Shown: piece by piece, positions 36,766 through 47,221 of the stretch
Position numbering within the stretch: the first letter of the stretch is position 1
Layout: each line of letters opens with the position of its first letter
Virus record (IMG/VR): IMGVR_UViG_3300040815_002027
Length of the DNA stretch: 64,000 bases
Reading direction: 5' to 3' (one strand)
Source of the DNA: a virus
Notes under the pieces: model-generated
Database searches by the model: none
Seen by the model: the letters and a program-made list of their open reading frames with translations, nothing else
What the model was told of the DNA's origin: nothing
Made by a program: the position numbers and the translations under genes

Positions 36766-37308
36766 ATGGCATACTCAGATCCAGCTTTATACCGAAACGG
36801 GTTCCAGTTTGTTGACATGAAGCAACAAAACAGGTTTATAATGACTATCCCAGATTGGTTCCAGGATGGTTCGGCTGGTTCTTACTTAATAAGAACTGCG
36901 GATTTACCTAGTTTAGAGAATAATCCTGTAACAGTAGATACCATTAACTCTGAATATAAAATAAAGGGTAAATCAAGATGGCAGGATATTTCTGTAACTT
37001 TTTACGATCCTATAAATACATCTCCTGGTTTGGCTGGGCCTACTGGGGCTACTAAAGCTCACGGATGGATAAATAGAGAACATCACAATGCTTTATCAAA
37101 GAGAGATCAATTTATGACTATCTACAAAAAACAAATAAAGCTTAAGTATGTTGATCCACAAGGAAACGATACTGGTGAGTTTTGGCAATTAAATGGAGCT
37201 TTTTTTGCTAGTGTTAATTGGGGTAGTGTTGACGTTTCTTCTGATGATTTAGTGTTGTTAGAGGCTACTATATCTTATGATTGGGCTTATCATTATCCTC
37301 TATCTTAA
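36766..37308 (+). CDS. Tail tube protein (gp19-like)
   Basis: QNRF..GKSRWQDISVTFYDP..W.LNGAF..TISYDWA; follows sheath. Confidence 0.85.
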   Translation: MAYSDPALYRNGFQFVDMKQQNRFIMTIPDWFQDGSAGSYLIRTADLPSLENNPVTVDTINSEYKIKGKSRWQDISVTFYDPINTSPGLAGPTGATKAHGWINREHHNALSKRDQFMTIYKKQIKLKYVDPQGNDTGEFWQLNGAFFASVNWGSVDVSSDDLVLLEATISYDWAYHYPLS

Positions 37309-37347
37309 AATATTATTCAAAGTTTTATAATAGTTTTAAATTAATTT

Positions 37348-38196
37348 ATGAAAATAGAAAATGAATTACCGAAAAGGGATGGCAGTGCTATCCCTTCTTC
37401 TGCTAATGCAGAAAATCAGCCACAAGAAGTTACTACCTACAAAGTACCTACAGAAATTATTGATTTGCCTTCTAGAGGACTGCTTTATTCAAAAGATAGC
37501 CCATTAAGTAGTGGGACTATAGAGGTAAAGTACATGACTGCTAAAGAGGAAGATATCTTAACTACTGAGTCTTTTATAAGAAAAGGAGTTGTAATAGATA
37601 AATTTCTACAGTCTCTTATAGTAACTCCTAATGTTAATTTATCTGATATGCTGATTGGAGATATAGATGCGTTAACAGTAGCAGCCAGAATTTACGGTTA
37701 TGGTAATGATTACGATGCTTTTATAGAGACTCCTAGCGGTAAACAGCAAAGAACTGAGATAGATTTAACTCAATTAAAGCTAAACTATTTAGAGGATAGG
37801 TTTCTAAAAGAAGCAAATGTGAATGAGTTTGATTTTGAACTTCCTAAATCTGGAGTAAAAGTTTCTTTTAAAATGCTAACTAAAGCAGATCAAGAGAGGT
37901 ACTCTGCTGAGGTTGAAAAAAATAAAAAAGCTTTTAGCGGTCAAACAAAGAGTGCTTCTACTCAATTCGTTTATCAAATCGTTTCTGTTGATGGTAATAG
38001 AGATGAGAGGGCTATTAGACAGTTTGTTGAAGAAGGGCTTATGGCTTATGATGCTAGAGCCTTAAGAAGGTATATTGATGAAGTACAGCCTGGGATAGAC
38101 CTGTCAGTGGAGGTGACAGATAGAGAGACTGGTGAAACATTTCCCGCTGAAGTTCCCATCGGGGTACAGTTTTTTTGGCCTGACGCAAAAGTATAA
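37348..38196 (+). CDS. Baseplate hub/tail assembly chaperone (gp26-like)
   Basis: IDLPSRGLLY, MTAKEEDIL, ARIYGYG, FELPKS, FFWP. Confidence 0.75.
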   Translation: MKIENELPKRDGSAIPSSANAENQPQEVTTYKVPTEIIDLPSRGLLYSKDSPLSSGTIEVKYMTAKEEDILTTESFIRKGVVIDKFLQSLIVTPNVNLSDMLIGDIDALTVAARIYGYGNDYDAFIETPSGKQQRTEIDLTQLKLNYLEDRFLKEANVNEFDFELPKSGVKVSFKMLTKADQERYSAEVEKNKKAFSGQTKSASTQFVYQIVSVDGNRDERAIRQFVEEGLMAYDARALRRYIDEVQPGIDLSVEVTDRETGETFPAEVPIGVQFFWPDAKV

Positions 38197-38356
38197 ACTT
38201 AGCTTCTATAAAGAGATTTTAGATTTAGCTTATCACAGTAAAGGTTCTTTATCTTTTACTGAAGTATATAATATGCCTATATCTTTAAGGAGGTTGTATA
38301 TAGAGCAGATAAAGAAGTATATAAAAGAAAGCCAACCTAAGAAGAGTAGCTATTAA
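38171..38356 (+). CDS. gp51-like C-terminal extension, probably reached by a +1 frameshift at T7 (38170-38176)
   Basis: No ATG start for the N-terminal part; FFGLT..YKEILDLAYH..FTEVYNMPISLRRLYI; overlaps the end of the upstream ORF at a T run. Confidence 0.65.
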   Translation, partial: FFGLTQKYKLSFYKEILDLAYHSKGSLSFTEVYNMPISLRRLYIEQIKKYIKESQPKKSSY

Positions 38357-38373
38357 AAAATACTAATAAATAC

Positions 38374-38381
38374 TATTTATA
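38374..38381 (+). promoter_or_regulatory. Putative late promoter TATTTATA
   Basis: Intergenic. Confidence 0.65.
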
Positions 38382-38395
38382 GTAAATGTACTATT

Positions 38396-38611
38396 ATGAA
38401 GCAAGATAAATCTGAGGTTTTAAAAGAAGGTTTATTAGCGTCTCTATTATCTTTGTTGTCTTTTGGTAAGCAGGTGAAAATGTTGCGGAGATTGTACAAT
38501 GCAACAAAAGATCCTGAATTAGAAGCCATGATACACGATTATAAATATAATCAAGATAGATATAAGGATCAAATAAAAAGAATAAGAAAGAAGTATCCTA
38601 ATCTAAAATAA
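38396..38611 (+). CDS. Small hypothetical protein
   Basis: ORF preceded by the late motif, just before the tape measure gene. Confidence 0.5.
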   Translation: MKQDKSEVLKEGLLASLLSLLSFGKQVKMLRRLYNATKDPELEAMIHDYKYNQDRYKDQIKRIRKKYPNLK

Positions 38612-38617
38612 GTGTAG

Positions 38618-41600
38618 ATGGCAAATTCTAATTTACCTCCTATAGACGAACTTAAACAACTGCTAGAAGATCTTCGTAACTATTCTAGACAAGGTCCTAC
38701 TTCTTTTAATAGAGTTAAAAGAGAAGTAGAAGGTATTGTTACAAAGATGTCTCAGATGGCAGGCATACCTAAAGAGCAGTTAAAAGACTTAGGAGAGCTG
38801 ATAAGTAGGTATGAGCAGATAGAAGATGCAATTAATGATATTAACACCGCTAATAGAGGATCTAATAGAGCTTTAGCCGATCTAATTAGAAAATTAAATA
38901 GTTATGCACAACAATCTGCTGCTATTGTAGAGGGGTTAGAACAGTCAGAAGGTGTTTATGCGAAAATATTAAAGTTATTAGAAGAGCAGACAGACGAAGT
39001 GAAAGAACAACAGACTATAGAAGAAAAGGTAGAAAAAACAAAAAAAGGTAATTTTGAAAAACTAATAAAAACAAAAGGAATACTAGAACAGACCAACAGA
39101 ATATTAAATATTCAGATAAGCGAACAAGATAGAATATTAGATGCTATTGCAATATCTGAAGGGAGTTACTCTGAGCTATTAGGTTATCTTGAAGGTATGG
39201 GGGAATCTGCTAGTAAACTTTTAGATACTATAACAAGTCAAAGTGATGTATATGATGATAATGTAGATGCAGTAAAACAGTTAGTGGACAACACTAAACT
39301 CTCTTTAATGCTTCAAAAACAGCAATACTATATACATTTAAAATATAATGATATATTAGAGGATTCTAAGAGAGACGTTAGAGACATGTATACTAAGTAT
39401 GCTATGATATCTAACTTAATTCCTGTAATAGGACAGAGGCTATCTAAAGCTTTTATGAGAGCTAATGCTATTGCCGAAGAAGCATTAGATACAGCCTATA
39501 ACACTTTTTTAGAAACAGGAAATATTTTTGAGTCTGCTAACCAAGGGTTAAATGTTTTAACCAGAGGTCTTGGAGGTATAGGAACAGCTTTTACAGCTTT
39601 TGCTTTAATTATGGCAGGAGTGTATAAGCTATTTAAAGGTATTGACCAAAAAGTTGGCGAGATTGCAGAAAGAACAGGTTTATCAGCAGATCAGTCTTAC
39701 ATCCTATACAAAAACTCATTACAAACACAAACAGCTTATGCTAATCAGTACTCTTCTTTAGAAGATATATTATCTATACAATCACAACTAGTTTCAGAAA
39801 CTGGTAAACAGTTAAACTATACTGAATCTTTAATAGGCAAAGTATCAGACATGTCTGTAGTATTTGGCTATAGTGCTGATACAGCAGGTAAACTTCATAA
39901 TACTTTTTTACAGTTAGCTGGAGCTATGCCTATGAAAGACGCTGAAGAGTTGTCTACTAAGATGCAGTATATGTTAGGTTCTATGGCTGAGGCTAACGGT
40001 ATTGCTCCAGGAATAGTTGCTAAAGACTTAGTAGATAACTCAGAGTTTGTTGCAAGGAACTTTGCTGGTATGCCTGAAAGGGCTATGAGAGCTGCTGTTG
40101 AGGTAAGAAAGTTAGGATATTCACTTGCTCAAGCAGCTAAAGTATCCGAGCATTTGTTTGATATACAAGGAAGTTTAACTTCTCAGATGGAAGCTTCTGT
40201 TGCTTTAGGTAGGTTAGTGGATATGAATGCTGCTAGGCGTTATGCTTTAGAGGGCAAGACTGGTAAGATGATGGAGGAGGTCTCTAAGCAAGTAGGAAGT
40301 TATGCTGAATTTACTGAGATGACTGTACCTCAGAGAATCCTTCTTGCTAAAGCAGCAGGTATGGAGGTCTCAGAACTACAAAGAAGTTTATATATACAAA
40401 AAGAACTAGGACACTTATCTACAGAAGAGCGAGAGAAGATAGCAAATAACTTAAAAGATGTAGAGGGGATAACTGATATGAGTGCAGATCAGTTAAAGAT
40501 AGCTAGTAAACAGGTAAATAAAACTAAAGAGTTTGATAATGCTATTCAGAAAATAAAGATGGCATTAGTAGAAAGTATACTACCTATAGCTGAAACTTTA
40601 GTTCCTTTATTTGGCACGTTAGCTAAAATTATAGGTGTTTTACTCTTTCCTTTAAAGGTTATGAAATTTGTATTTGAGTCTATGAGTTTTGTAGTCAGAT
40701 TTTTAGCTGATAGTTTAAACGAAATAACTGGAGGTGCGATAGGATCTTTTTTCAGTAGTATACACCAAACTCTTATAGGTTGGGATAATACTATATCAAA
40801 CTTATCTTCTAATACAAATAATTGGATCAAAGGACTTGTGGGAGGGATTGGTCTTGTTATGGTAGCTTTTAAACCTCTTAGAAGTATGCTATTTAGTATC
40901 TTAAATCCTAAAACATATGTTAAGGGTTTTAGTAAACTAGGAGGTCTTTTAGGGACGCTTGGTAAAAAAGGAAAAGATGGAAAGACTGGTGGGTCAAGTT
41001 CTTATTTATCTAGTATTTTGTCGAATACTAAGTTAGGTAAATTATTTTCTGGTACTAAAATAGGGAAGTTAGTTGGGGATACTATAGATTCTGGAGGTTT
41101 AGCAGACAGTGCTAAGTCTCAATTAGATGTTCTAATAGAGATAAGAGATTTAATTAAGGATTGTTGTCCAGGTAGTATTGGATCTGGTATAGAGGAAACT
41201 ATGACCCAATTACTGGATGATAAAGGTAGGCCTATATCTAAAGACTCAAAAGGGGTTACTGAAAGGACACGACCAACAAGACCGAGTGGTAGGGACATAG
41301 CAGATTCTCCCACAACAGGAAGAAGAAGAACGGCTCCTAGAGCAAGAGTAAGAGCTAGAAGTGCTTATAGGGGAGCTATGAGAGGTGCTAGACGTTTAGG
41401 AGGAAGAGGTTTAGGCCTAATAGGAGCTGCTTCTACAGCATCTTCTATTATACCTAAAGGATCTTTGTCTAGGATAGCTGGTGCTAGTAAGGGTTTATTT
41501 TCTAAAGTAGCCGATGCAGGAAAAGGTTTATTTTCTAAAATAGGTAAAGGAAGTATGGGTCTTATGGGTGGTACAGGAGGTCTTACTGGTATTTTAGGTA

Positions 41601-42100
41601 GAGGGGCTGGTAAAGGTTTAGCTAAGGGGTTGGGTAAGACTGCACTTAAAAAGATTCCTGGAGTAGGTTTGGTGATGGGTGCTATATCTTCAATAGAAAG
41701 GTTTACTGAAGGGGATATTTTAGGTGGAGTAGGAGAAGCACTATCAGGTATAGCAAGTACTTTACCAGGCATAGGTACAGCAGCTTCTTTAGCTATAGAT
41801 GGAGCATTAATGGCTAAGGATGCAGGTATGTTTGATAAAAAAGAAATTCCAACAACACCTTCTCAGATAACAGCTAATGTACCTACTTCTGATCCTGTTG
41901 TTCAATCTAGTATAGCATCTGTAAAGAAAGAAGCAGCGCAGAAAGAAACTTCTAACGATATGGCTATGTTAAATAATAATATGAGAGAACTAATTAATTT
42001 AAATAGAATGTCAGTAGCTCAAGATAAGAAAATGTACATACAGTTTGATAACGGCACTGTTAGAGAAGTTTCTAAGATCCAAAGACAAACATCAGCATAA
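38618..42100 (+). CDS. Tape measure protein
   Basis: 1160-aa helical protein with hydrophobic segments and G-rich GKG..KKIPGVG C-terminus; follows tube and chaperone genes. Confidence 0.85.
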   Translation: MANSNLPPIDELKQLLEDLRNYSRQGPTSFNRVKREVEGIVTKMSQMAGIPKEQLKDLGELISRYEQIEDAINDINTANRGSNRALADLIRKLNSYAQQSAAIVEGLEQSEGVYAKILKLLEEQTDEVKEQQTIEEKVEKTKKGNFEKLIKTKGILEQTNRILNIQISEQDRILDAIAISEGSYSELLGYLEGMGESASKLLDTITSQSDVYDDNVDAVKQLVDNTKLSLMLQKQQYYIHLKYNDILEDSKRDVRDMYTKYAMISNLIPVIGQRLSKAFMRANAIAEEALDTAYNTFLETGNIFESANQGLNVLTRGLGGIGTAFTAFALIMAGVYKLFKGIDQKVGEIAERTGLSADQSYILYKNSLQTQTAYANQYSSLEDILSIQSQLVSETGKQLNYTESLIGKVSDMSVVFGYSADTAGKLHNTFLQLAGAMPMKDAEELSTKMQYMLGSMAEANGIAPGIVAKDLVDNSEFVARNFAGMPERAMRAAVEVRKLGYSLAQAAKVSEHLFDIQGSLTSQMEASVALGRLVDMNAARRYALEGKTGKMMEEVSKQVGSYAEFTEMTVPQRILLAKAAGMEVSELQRSLYIQKELGHLSTEEREKIANNLKDVEGITDMSADQLKIASKQVNKTKEFDNAIQKIKMALVESILPIAETLVPLFGTLAKIIGVLLFPLKVMKFVFESMSFVVRFLADSLNEITGGAIGSFFSSIHQTLIGWDNTISNLSSNTNNWIKGLVGGIGLVMVAFKPLRSMLFSILNPKTYVKGFSKLGGLLGTLGKKGKDGKTGGSSSYLSSILSNTKLGKLFSGTKIGKLVGDTIDSGGLADSAKSQLDVLIEIRDLIKDCCPGSIGSGIEETMTQLLDDKGRPISKDSKGVTERTRPTRPSGRDIADSPTTGRRRTAPRARVRARSAYRGAMRGARRLGGRGLGLIGAASTASSIIPKGSLSRIAGASKGLFSKVADAGKGLFSKIGKGSMGLMGGTGGLTGILGRGAGKGLAKGLGKTALKKIPGVGLVMGAISSIERFTEGDILGGVGEALSGIASTLPGIGTAASLAIDGALMAKDAGMFDKKEIPTTPSQITANVPTSDPVVQSSIASVKKEAAQKETSNDMAMLNNNMRELINLNRMSVAQDKKMYIQFDNGTVREVSKIQRQTSA

Positions 42101-42105
42101 TTATT

Positions 42106-42618
42106 ATGGCATATACTATAGCTAGATATCAGGGATTTAATTTTGAGTTTGAACTTTTACCAGACCCTGGAGTAGGTGTTATAGAGTTTGAGGCAGATAT
42201 AAACAGTATAGGGTCTAGATTTAGCCCTTCTTGGCAACAGTTTATGGAAGTGGGTAGAGCGGATCCTAAAATACTTTATAGCCAGTATGTAAAAGAAGTT
42301 GACTTAGATTTTAATGTTGTTGCTACTGGAGGAACAAATGATACTAAAGCTATTTTTAGAAAATTAGATAATTTAGCTAAATCTACTGCTCCGCAATATT
42401 TTAGCTCTACTAACTCATATCAAGGACATTTCTTAAAGTTTAGTATAGGTAACTTATTTTTGAATGAGATTGGGTATGTGACCTCTTTACAATACCAATG
42501 GGAAAATGATAAAACTAGTTGGATAGATGATTTACCTTTATTAACTAGAGCAAACATGACTATCGTGTGGGTAGGTAAGCGGATGCCTCAATCTTCTAAC
42601 AAACTTTATAACTACTAA
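42106..42618 (+). CDS. Baseplate/tube-initiator-like protein
   Basis: Follows tape measure; SW...GRADP..Y..LDFNV..IG.LF..G...SL.Y. Confidence 0.55.
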   Translation: MAYTIARYQGFNFEFELLPDPGVGVIEFEADINSIGSRFSPSWQQFMEVGRADPKILYSQYVKEVDLDFNVVATGGTNDTKAIFRKLDNLAKSTAPQYFSSTNSYQGHFLKFSIGNLFLNEIGYVTSLQYQWENDKTSWIDDLPLLTRANMTIVWVGKRMPQSSNKLYNY

Positions 42619-42630
42619 AAAGTTGCCGAG

Positions 42631-42927
42631 ATGAAAAGATACCAACTATACTCAGATATTATACGAGATAACTTATCTAACAAACAAAGAATATCTTCTA
42701 CTTACTATCCTACTATACCTTATAGAGAGTCTGATATTTACATATATAGTAAATCAAACCATAGACTAGATATACTAGCTTATGAATATTATGATAATCA
42801 GACCTTTTGGTGGGTAATAGCTAGAGCAAACAATTTAGGGAAAGGAACATTTAATGTACCTCCAGGTATAAGATTAAGAATACCTTTTCCTGTAGACGAG
42901 TTATTTTTAACTGAAATATCGCAATAG
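42631..42927 (+). CDS. LysM-like baseplate wedge protein (gp53-like)
   Basis: RLDILAYEYY....WWVIARAN....G.RLRIP. Confidence 0.8.
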   Translation: MKRYQLYSDIIRDNLSNKQRISSTYYPTIPYRESDIYIYSKSNHRLDILAYEYYDNQTFWWVIARANNLGKGTFNVPPGIRLRIPFPVDELFLTEISQ

Positions 42928-42928
42928 T

Positions 42929-44992
42929 ATGAGTTTATTAAGGCAGCCTTTTGATAGTCAGGTTAAGTCTATATTAGATACTAGAAAAGCAGAACATCAG
43001 AGGATGCTTAATGGAGGTATTGATACAACAGGAAATTACTCTAGAAGACTTCCTGCTTGGGCTAAGATAACTATCCCAGGAACTAATGCTCCTGAGATTG
43101 TTATGAACAGAGAAGGCTTTCAGGGAAAATACGATCAAAGTCACGGTAGACCTAAAGAAGCTTCTTTAAAATCTATAACTATTAGAAGAGTTACTGGATA
43201 TGCTCCTAGAGTAAACTTAACTTTAGAAGTTGAGGTAGAGTTTGAAGTGTATACTTTTGAGGATTTCGAAAGATATGCTAGAGCTTATTTAAGAAGACAT
43301 CCTGAAAGAAAACCTTTGAAGATAGAGTGGGGTAATGGTGCTACTTATGGGGGAAGAGGTGCTACTAATCATGAACTTAACGGTGCTATGGTATTAGCTG
43401 GAGGTTTTACTAATTCTGAATTAAATACTTACCAATGTAAGTTTACAGCAATAGGCCCTGCTAATGCTATATGTGAGTTAGATATTTTTGGAATGAGGGA
43501 TTTAAAAGGCATCTTCAAAGGGCAAAAGTTCAAGTTTCAAAGAGTAGGTCAAGACGGATATACAGAAGTCTCTAATATTATAGAGAAGATAATGCACGAC
43601 CTTCAGTATACTAAAAATAATGAACTGTTAGTAACACAAGATAAAAAGAACGGAGAAGAACCAGAACTATTTACAGACGGTTCTAGAGAAGGTATAGAGA
43701 CTCCTGATAAAGTTGGGAAGATCTTTTCTCCTTTTAAAGGTTCTAAAGCACCAAATCTATTAGGTAGAGTGTTTAATCAGACAGGAGAGCAGTCAGGTAT
43801 AGAGAGTGATGCTCATGAGTATCTTTCTTTAGAGTATGTTGTCTGGTTGATTAATAGTACAGTACTTAGAACTGTCGTAGATAAATGTGGTCAACAGTTA
43901 GATTATAGGATAGTGTTCGAGGATAATGATAGGCATTACTCAAAAATAACTAAAGACTTAGGACATTTTAGATCAGCTAATCCTATAGAGGTTCTATTCT
44001 TAGACTTTACAGGAGCTTGTGGTAAGTATTGTGTAGATGGCGATTGTGAAGCAGGAAAGGACTTTAATATTACTCCTGGAGGTGTATCTGACTTTGCTGA
44101 GTGTGTAGACTTAGGACAAGCTAAATTAAATCACAAGAAGATACTCATAGACAGGCGTTCTGTTATAAGCCCTTTATTAGATGTTATAGAAAAAAGACAA
44201 AAAGAATCTGATGATAAGAAGAAGAATAGTCTTAGAATGGATAGGGAGTCAGACAATATATTAAAAGTTAATACTTTTTTTAGTGTGTTATTTGATAAGA
44301 TCAATAGAGCGTCAGGAGGCTACGTTAATTTATCTTTGAAGAACTATGAGCCTAGTAAAGTAAAAGACCCCAGAGAGGCTCAGAAACTTATAATAACGGA
44401 CACTAATACTATATGGGACGATGCTCCTTTAAATATGTTAGACCCTGTAAAGGGGGATGGCAGTACTTTTAGAGTTTCTTTGGACGGTAAACTACCAGAC
44501 AACTTATTGGCACTATCTTTAATTCCTGGTTTAGAGGAAGGTTCTGGAACTAGCGGTAAATATTCTCAAGACGATACTGCCTTAAATGAGTTGTTTATAA
44601 GACTTATAGAGCTAAAAGCTAAACTAACAAGCGATCAAGTTAATGATGGTTGCTATGCTAAGATGGCTAGTAAAAACTTTGATCCTACTACAGTACAAGA
44701 TACCGTATCAACTTTAGCAGAGTACAGAAAAGTTTCTATGGCTTTAAAGTTACTACAAGGTTCTCCTTTCGAGAAATTTGATTTTGTTGAGTATTTTGAT
44801 ATTTCTATGAATATAGAGATGGAAGGTGTATTTCCTATAATAGCTGGAAACATATTTTCATCTAAAAACTTACCTTCTTTTGCACGACCTGATAATAAAG
44901 TAGGTTTTGTTGCTTTAGACATAGAAGATAGGATAGAAGCTCCAGGATTTTGGACCACAACAGTACAAGCAAGATTAACACCTTATGTTTAA
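42929..44992 (+). CDS. Probable baseplate hub protein
   Basis: Position after the LysM gene; IEWG and C-terminal WTTTV. Confidence 0.5.
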   Translation: MSLLRQPFDSQVKSILDTRKAEHQRMLNGGIDTTGNYSRRLPAWAKITIPGTNAPEIVMNREGFQGKYDQSHGRPKEASLKSITIRRVTGYAPRVNLTLEVEVEFEVYTFEDFERYARAYLRRHPERKPLKIEWGNGATYGGRGATNHELNGAMVLAGGFTNSELNTYQCKFTAIGPANAICELDIFGMRDLKGIFKGQKFKFQRVGQDGYTEVSNIIEKIMHDLQYTKNNELLVTQDKKNGEEPELFTDGSREGIETPDKVGKIFSPFKGSKAPNLLGRVFNQTGEQSGIESDAHEYLSLEYVVWLINSTVLRTVVDKCGQQLDYRIVFEDNDRHYSKITKDLGHFRSANPIEVLFLDFTGACGKYCVDGDCEAGKDFNITPGGVSDFAECVDLGQAKLNHKKILIDRRSVISPLLDVIEKRQKESDDKKKNSLRMDRESDNILKVNTFFSVLFDKINRASGGYVNLSLKNYEPSKVKDPREAQKLIITDTNTIWDDAPLNMLDPVKGDGSTFRVSLDGKLPDNLLALSLIPGLEEGSGTSGKYSQDDTALNELFIRLIELKAKLTSDQVNDGCYAKMASKNFDPTTVQDTVSTLAEYRKVSMALKLLQGSPFEKFDFVEYFDISMNIEMEGVFPIIAGNIFSSKNLPSFARPDNKVGFVALDIEDRIEAPGFWTTTVQARLTPYV

Positions 44993-44995
44993 TTT

Positions 44996-45514
44996 ATGGA
45001 TATATTACAATCTAAATTAGGCGATTTTTATACATTAGACGGACAGCCGTACAAAGGATCTTATTATATAGAGAAAGGTACTAATATTGCGTACACTTAC
45101 TCTCCTAACACTAAAAAAAGAAAAGTACTTGTACCTTATTATGTACATAATACAGAAACAGTTAGGATGAGAACTAACATAAAAGGAGGCTATAAGTCTC
45201 CTTCTTCCTATAAACCTTCTCCTACTGATTATGATTATAGGTATGGGTATGTAATAAGATACTTTTTACAGAAGAGAACTTCTCCCGAAAATTCTATAAT
45301 AGAAGTTAATGAGGATGATTATAACGCAGTATCTCCTAATCCTTCTTCTACAAAAATTGACGAGAAGTCTTATAACAGCTTAGAACTTTTTTGGACTATA
45401 ACAGGAAATAAGAGTTATGTGGCAAATGCTAATATGATAGTTTTAGATAAGTCTGAGAAAATATTTCCTGGTATTAAAAAATTTCTATCAAATTTATTAG
45501 AATTTTATAAATAA
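44996..45514 (+). CDS. Hypothetical (baseplate-associated) protein
   Basis: Y.G.Y, PT..DY..G...RYF, L.W.ITG pattern. Confidence 0.45.
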   Translation: MDILQSKLGDFYTLDGQPYKGSYYIEKGTNIAYTYSPNTKKRKVLVPYYVHNTETVRMRTNIKGGYKSPSSYKPSPTDYDYRYGYVIRYFLQKRTSPENSIIEVNEDDYNAVSPNPSSTKIDEKSYNSLELFWTITGNKSYVANANMIVLDKSEKIFPGIKKFLSNLLEFYK

Positions 45515-45519
45515 AGAAG

Positions 45520-45527
45520 TATATTTG
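45520..45527 (+). promoter_or_regulatory. Bacteroidota-type -7 element TATATTTG
   Basis: At the start of the replication module, 21 nt before ATG 45549. Confidence 0.5.
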
Positions 45528-45548
45528 TTTGTTATAAAGTTATGTTTA

Positions 45549-46784
45549 ATGAAATTAGTTATCTGTTTGCCTACAAGCAATTCTCATTATTTAGAATCGA
45601 ACATATCTCATATTGCGATATGCGATACAGGTAGCAGTGTTACAAATCACTATCCTATATCTTTAACAGATATTAAAAACGTAGATCTTCCTAAGATAGA
45701 AGGCACTTGTGTGGTACTTAATAAAAGACTTTTCGATAGATTTTATGATGCCGATTCCTATGATTTAGAGACCTTTTACTGGTTAAGGTATAATAAACCC
45801 TTGGACTCTTTTGTAGACTTTAGTATTTTTAATACTTTTAAAAAGTTCTATTCTCATATAGATGATTTTTATAGGTACATTCCTTTTATGAGAGTAAAAG
45901 AGTTTTGCGAAACTTTAATTAAAAAGTTTTTAGTTTTTGATTTTACTATAAGTAAAGCTGATAAGTTTTACTCCAATGTAGTCTATAAGTGCGTGACTTA
46001 CATAGAAAGTAATGGTTTAAAAGTAGATTTAGATTTATTTAATACTGTTTTTAATAAGTCTTATTCTGAGAGTTTAGTAAAATCTTTTTACAGCTTACAC
46101 AATATTACTGGGAGACCTTCTAATACTTTCGATAATGTGAATTTTAGTGCTTTAAATAAAACAGATGACAGTAGACGGTGTTTTATAAGTAGATTTGATG
46201 GAGGTTACTTATTGGAGTTTGATTTCGATGCCTATCATATTAGGCTTATATCGCATTTGATGGGTTACGAATTGCCGAAAGAAGGTAGTGTGCATAATTA
46301 TTTAGGCAGGTATTACTTTAACAAAGACAGTTTAACGGAGCAAGAGTATATTAAGAGTAAGTCTATTACGTTTAAGTATCTCTACTCTGATGATGTACAG
46401 GCTATGGACATTCCTTTTTTTGCTAAAGCTTCTGAGTATAAAGATAGTATATGGAAAGAGTATAGTGAACTAGGTTATTTAGTCAGTCCTTTGTCTGGTA
46501 GGGTACTTAGCAAAGAAAATTTGGGCGAGATGAAAAAATCAAAACTATTTAATTATTTCATACAAATGATAGAAACGGAATTTTCTATGCTATTTATATA
46601 TAAAGTCTATAACATATTAAAAGACAGAAGATCTAAGATAATAATGTATACGTATGATTCTATACTAATAGACTTTAATGTTAACGATAAGAAAGAAGTA
46701 ATATCCGAAATAAAAGATAAAATTATTAAATCAAAAGTAAAGATAGGTAAAAACTACAAGGATATGGAGACGTATTCTTTTTGA
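45549..46784 (+). CDS. Short family-A DNA polymerase-like protein lacking the thumb (ORF track start 45525 TTG)
   Basis: TGRPSN, LEFDFDAYHIRL (motif A), KSITFKYLY (B), YTYDSILID (C). Confidence 0.75.
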   Translation: MKLVICLPTSNSHYLESNISHIAICDTGSSVTNHYPISLTDIKNVDLPKIEGTCVVLNKRLFDRFYDADSYDLETFYWLRYNKPLDSFVDFSIFNTFKKFYSHIDDFYRYIPFMRVKEFCETLIKKFLVFDFTISKADKFYSNVVYKCVTYIESNGLKVDLDLFNTVFNKSYSESLVKSFYSLHNITGRPSNTFDNVNFSALNKTDDSRRCFISRFDGGYLLEFDFDAYHIRLISHLMGYELPKEGSVHNYLGRYYFNKDSLTEQEYIKSKSITFKYLYSDDVQAMDIPFFAKASEYKDSIWKEYSELGYLVSPLSGRVLSKENLGEMKKSKLFNYFIQMIETEFSMLFIYKVYNILKDRRSKIIMYTYDSILIDFNVNDKKEVISEIKDKIIKSKVKIGKNYKDMETYSF

Positions 46785-46803
46785 GGAGAAACACTTAAAA
46801 ACT

Positions 46804-47193
46804 ATGAAAAAACAACTATTATGCACATTTAGCCCAAAAGCTTCTTTGAGTTTAACTATGGACTATGTGTCTACTTTTTACAAAATAAGTAACAACAGAA
46901 TATATCTGTACTCTGAGGAGGATGCTTACGACAACTACATACTATTCTATAACATTGAGGATAATATTAGAGGCGGTCTAGCAAAGCACACTATACTAGT
47001 ACATAGAAAAGTACAGAGTAATAGTTTCTATACTATTAACGCTTTGAATGCTTTAATAAAAAGAGTTAATAATGGAGTGTTAGATAAGTCCTACCAAGTA
47101 GATTGGAATAGTTACGCAAACACTTTATTGATAATAAAAGAAGGAAATTTAGAAATGGTTAACATAGTTTTCGAAAAATCTTTATATTTGTAG
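46804..47193 (+). CDS. Hypothetical protein in the replication module
   Basis: QLLCTF..TILVHRK..YTINALN. Confidence 0.55.
   Translation: MKKQLLCTFSPKASLSLTMDYVSTFYKISNNRIYLYSEEDAYDNYILFYNIEDNIRGGLAKHTILVHRKVQSNSFYTINALNALIKRVNNGVLDKSYQVDWNSYANTLLIIKEGNLEMVNIVFEKSLYL
47183..47190 (+). promoter_or_regulatory. Bacteroidota-type -7 element TATATTTG
   Basis: 31 nt before the SSB ATG. Confidence 0.45.
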
Positions 47194-47221
47194 ATATTTT
47201 TTAATTATTAAATTTTAAGTT

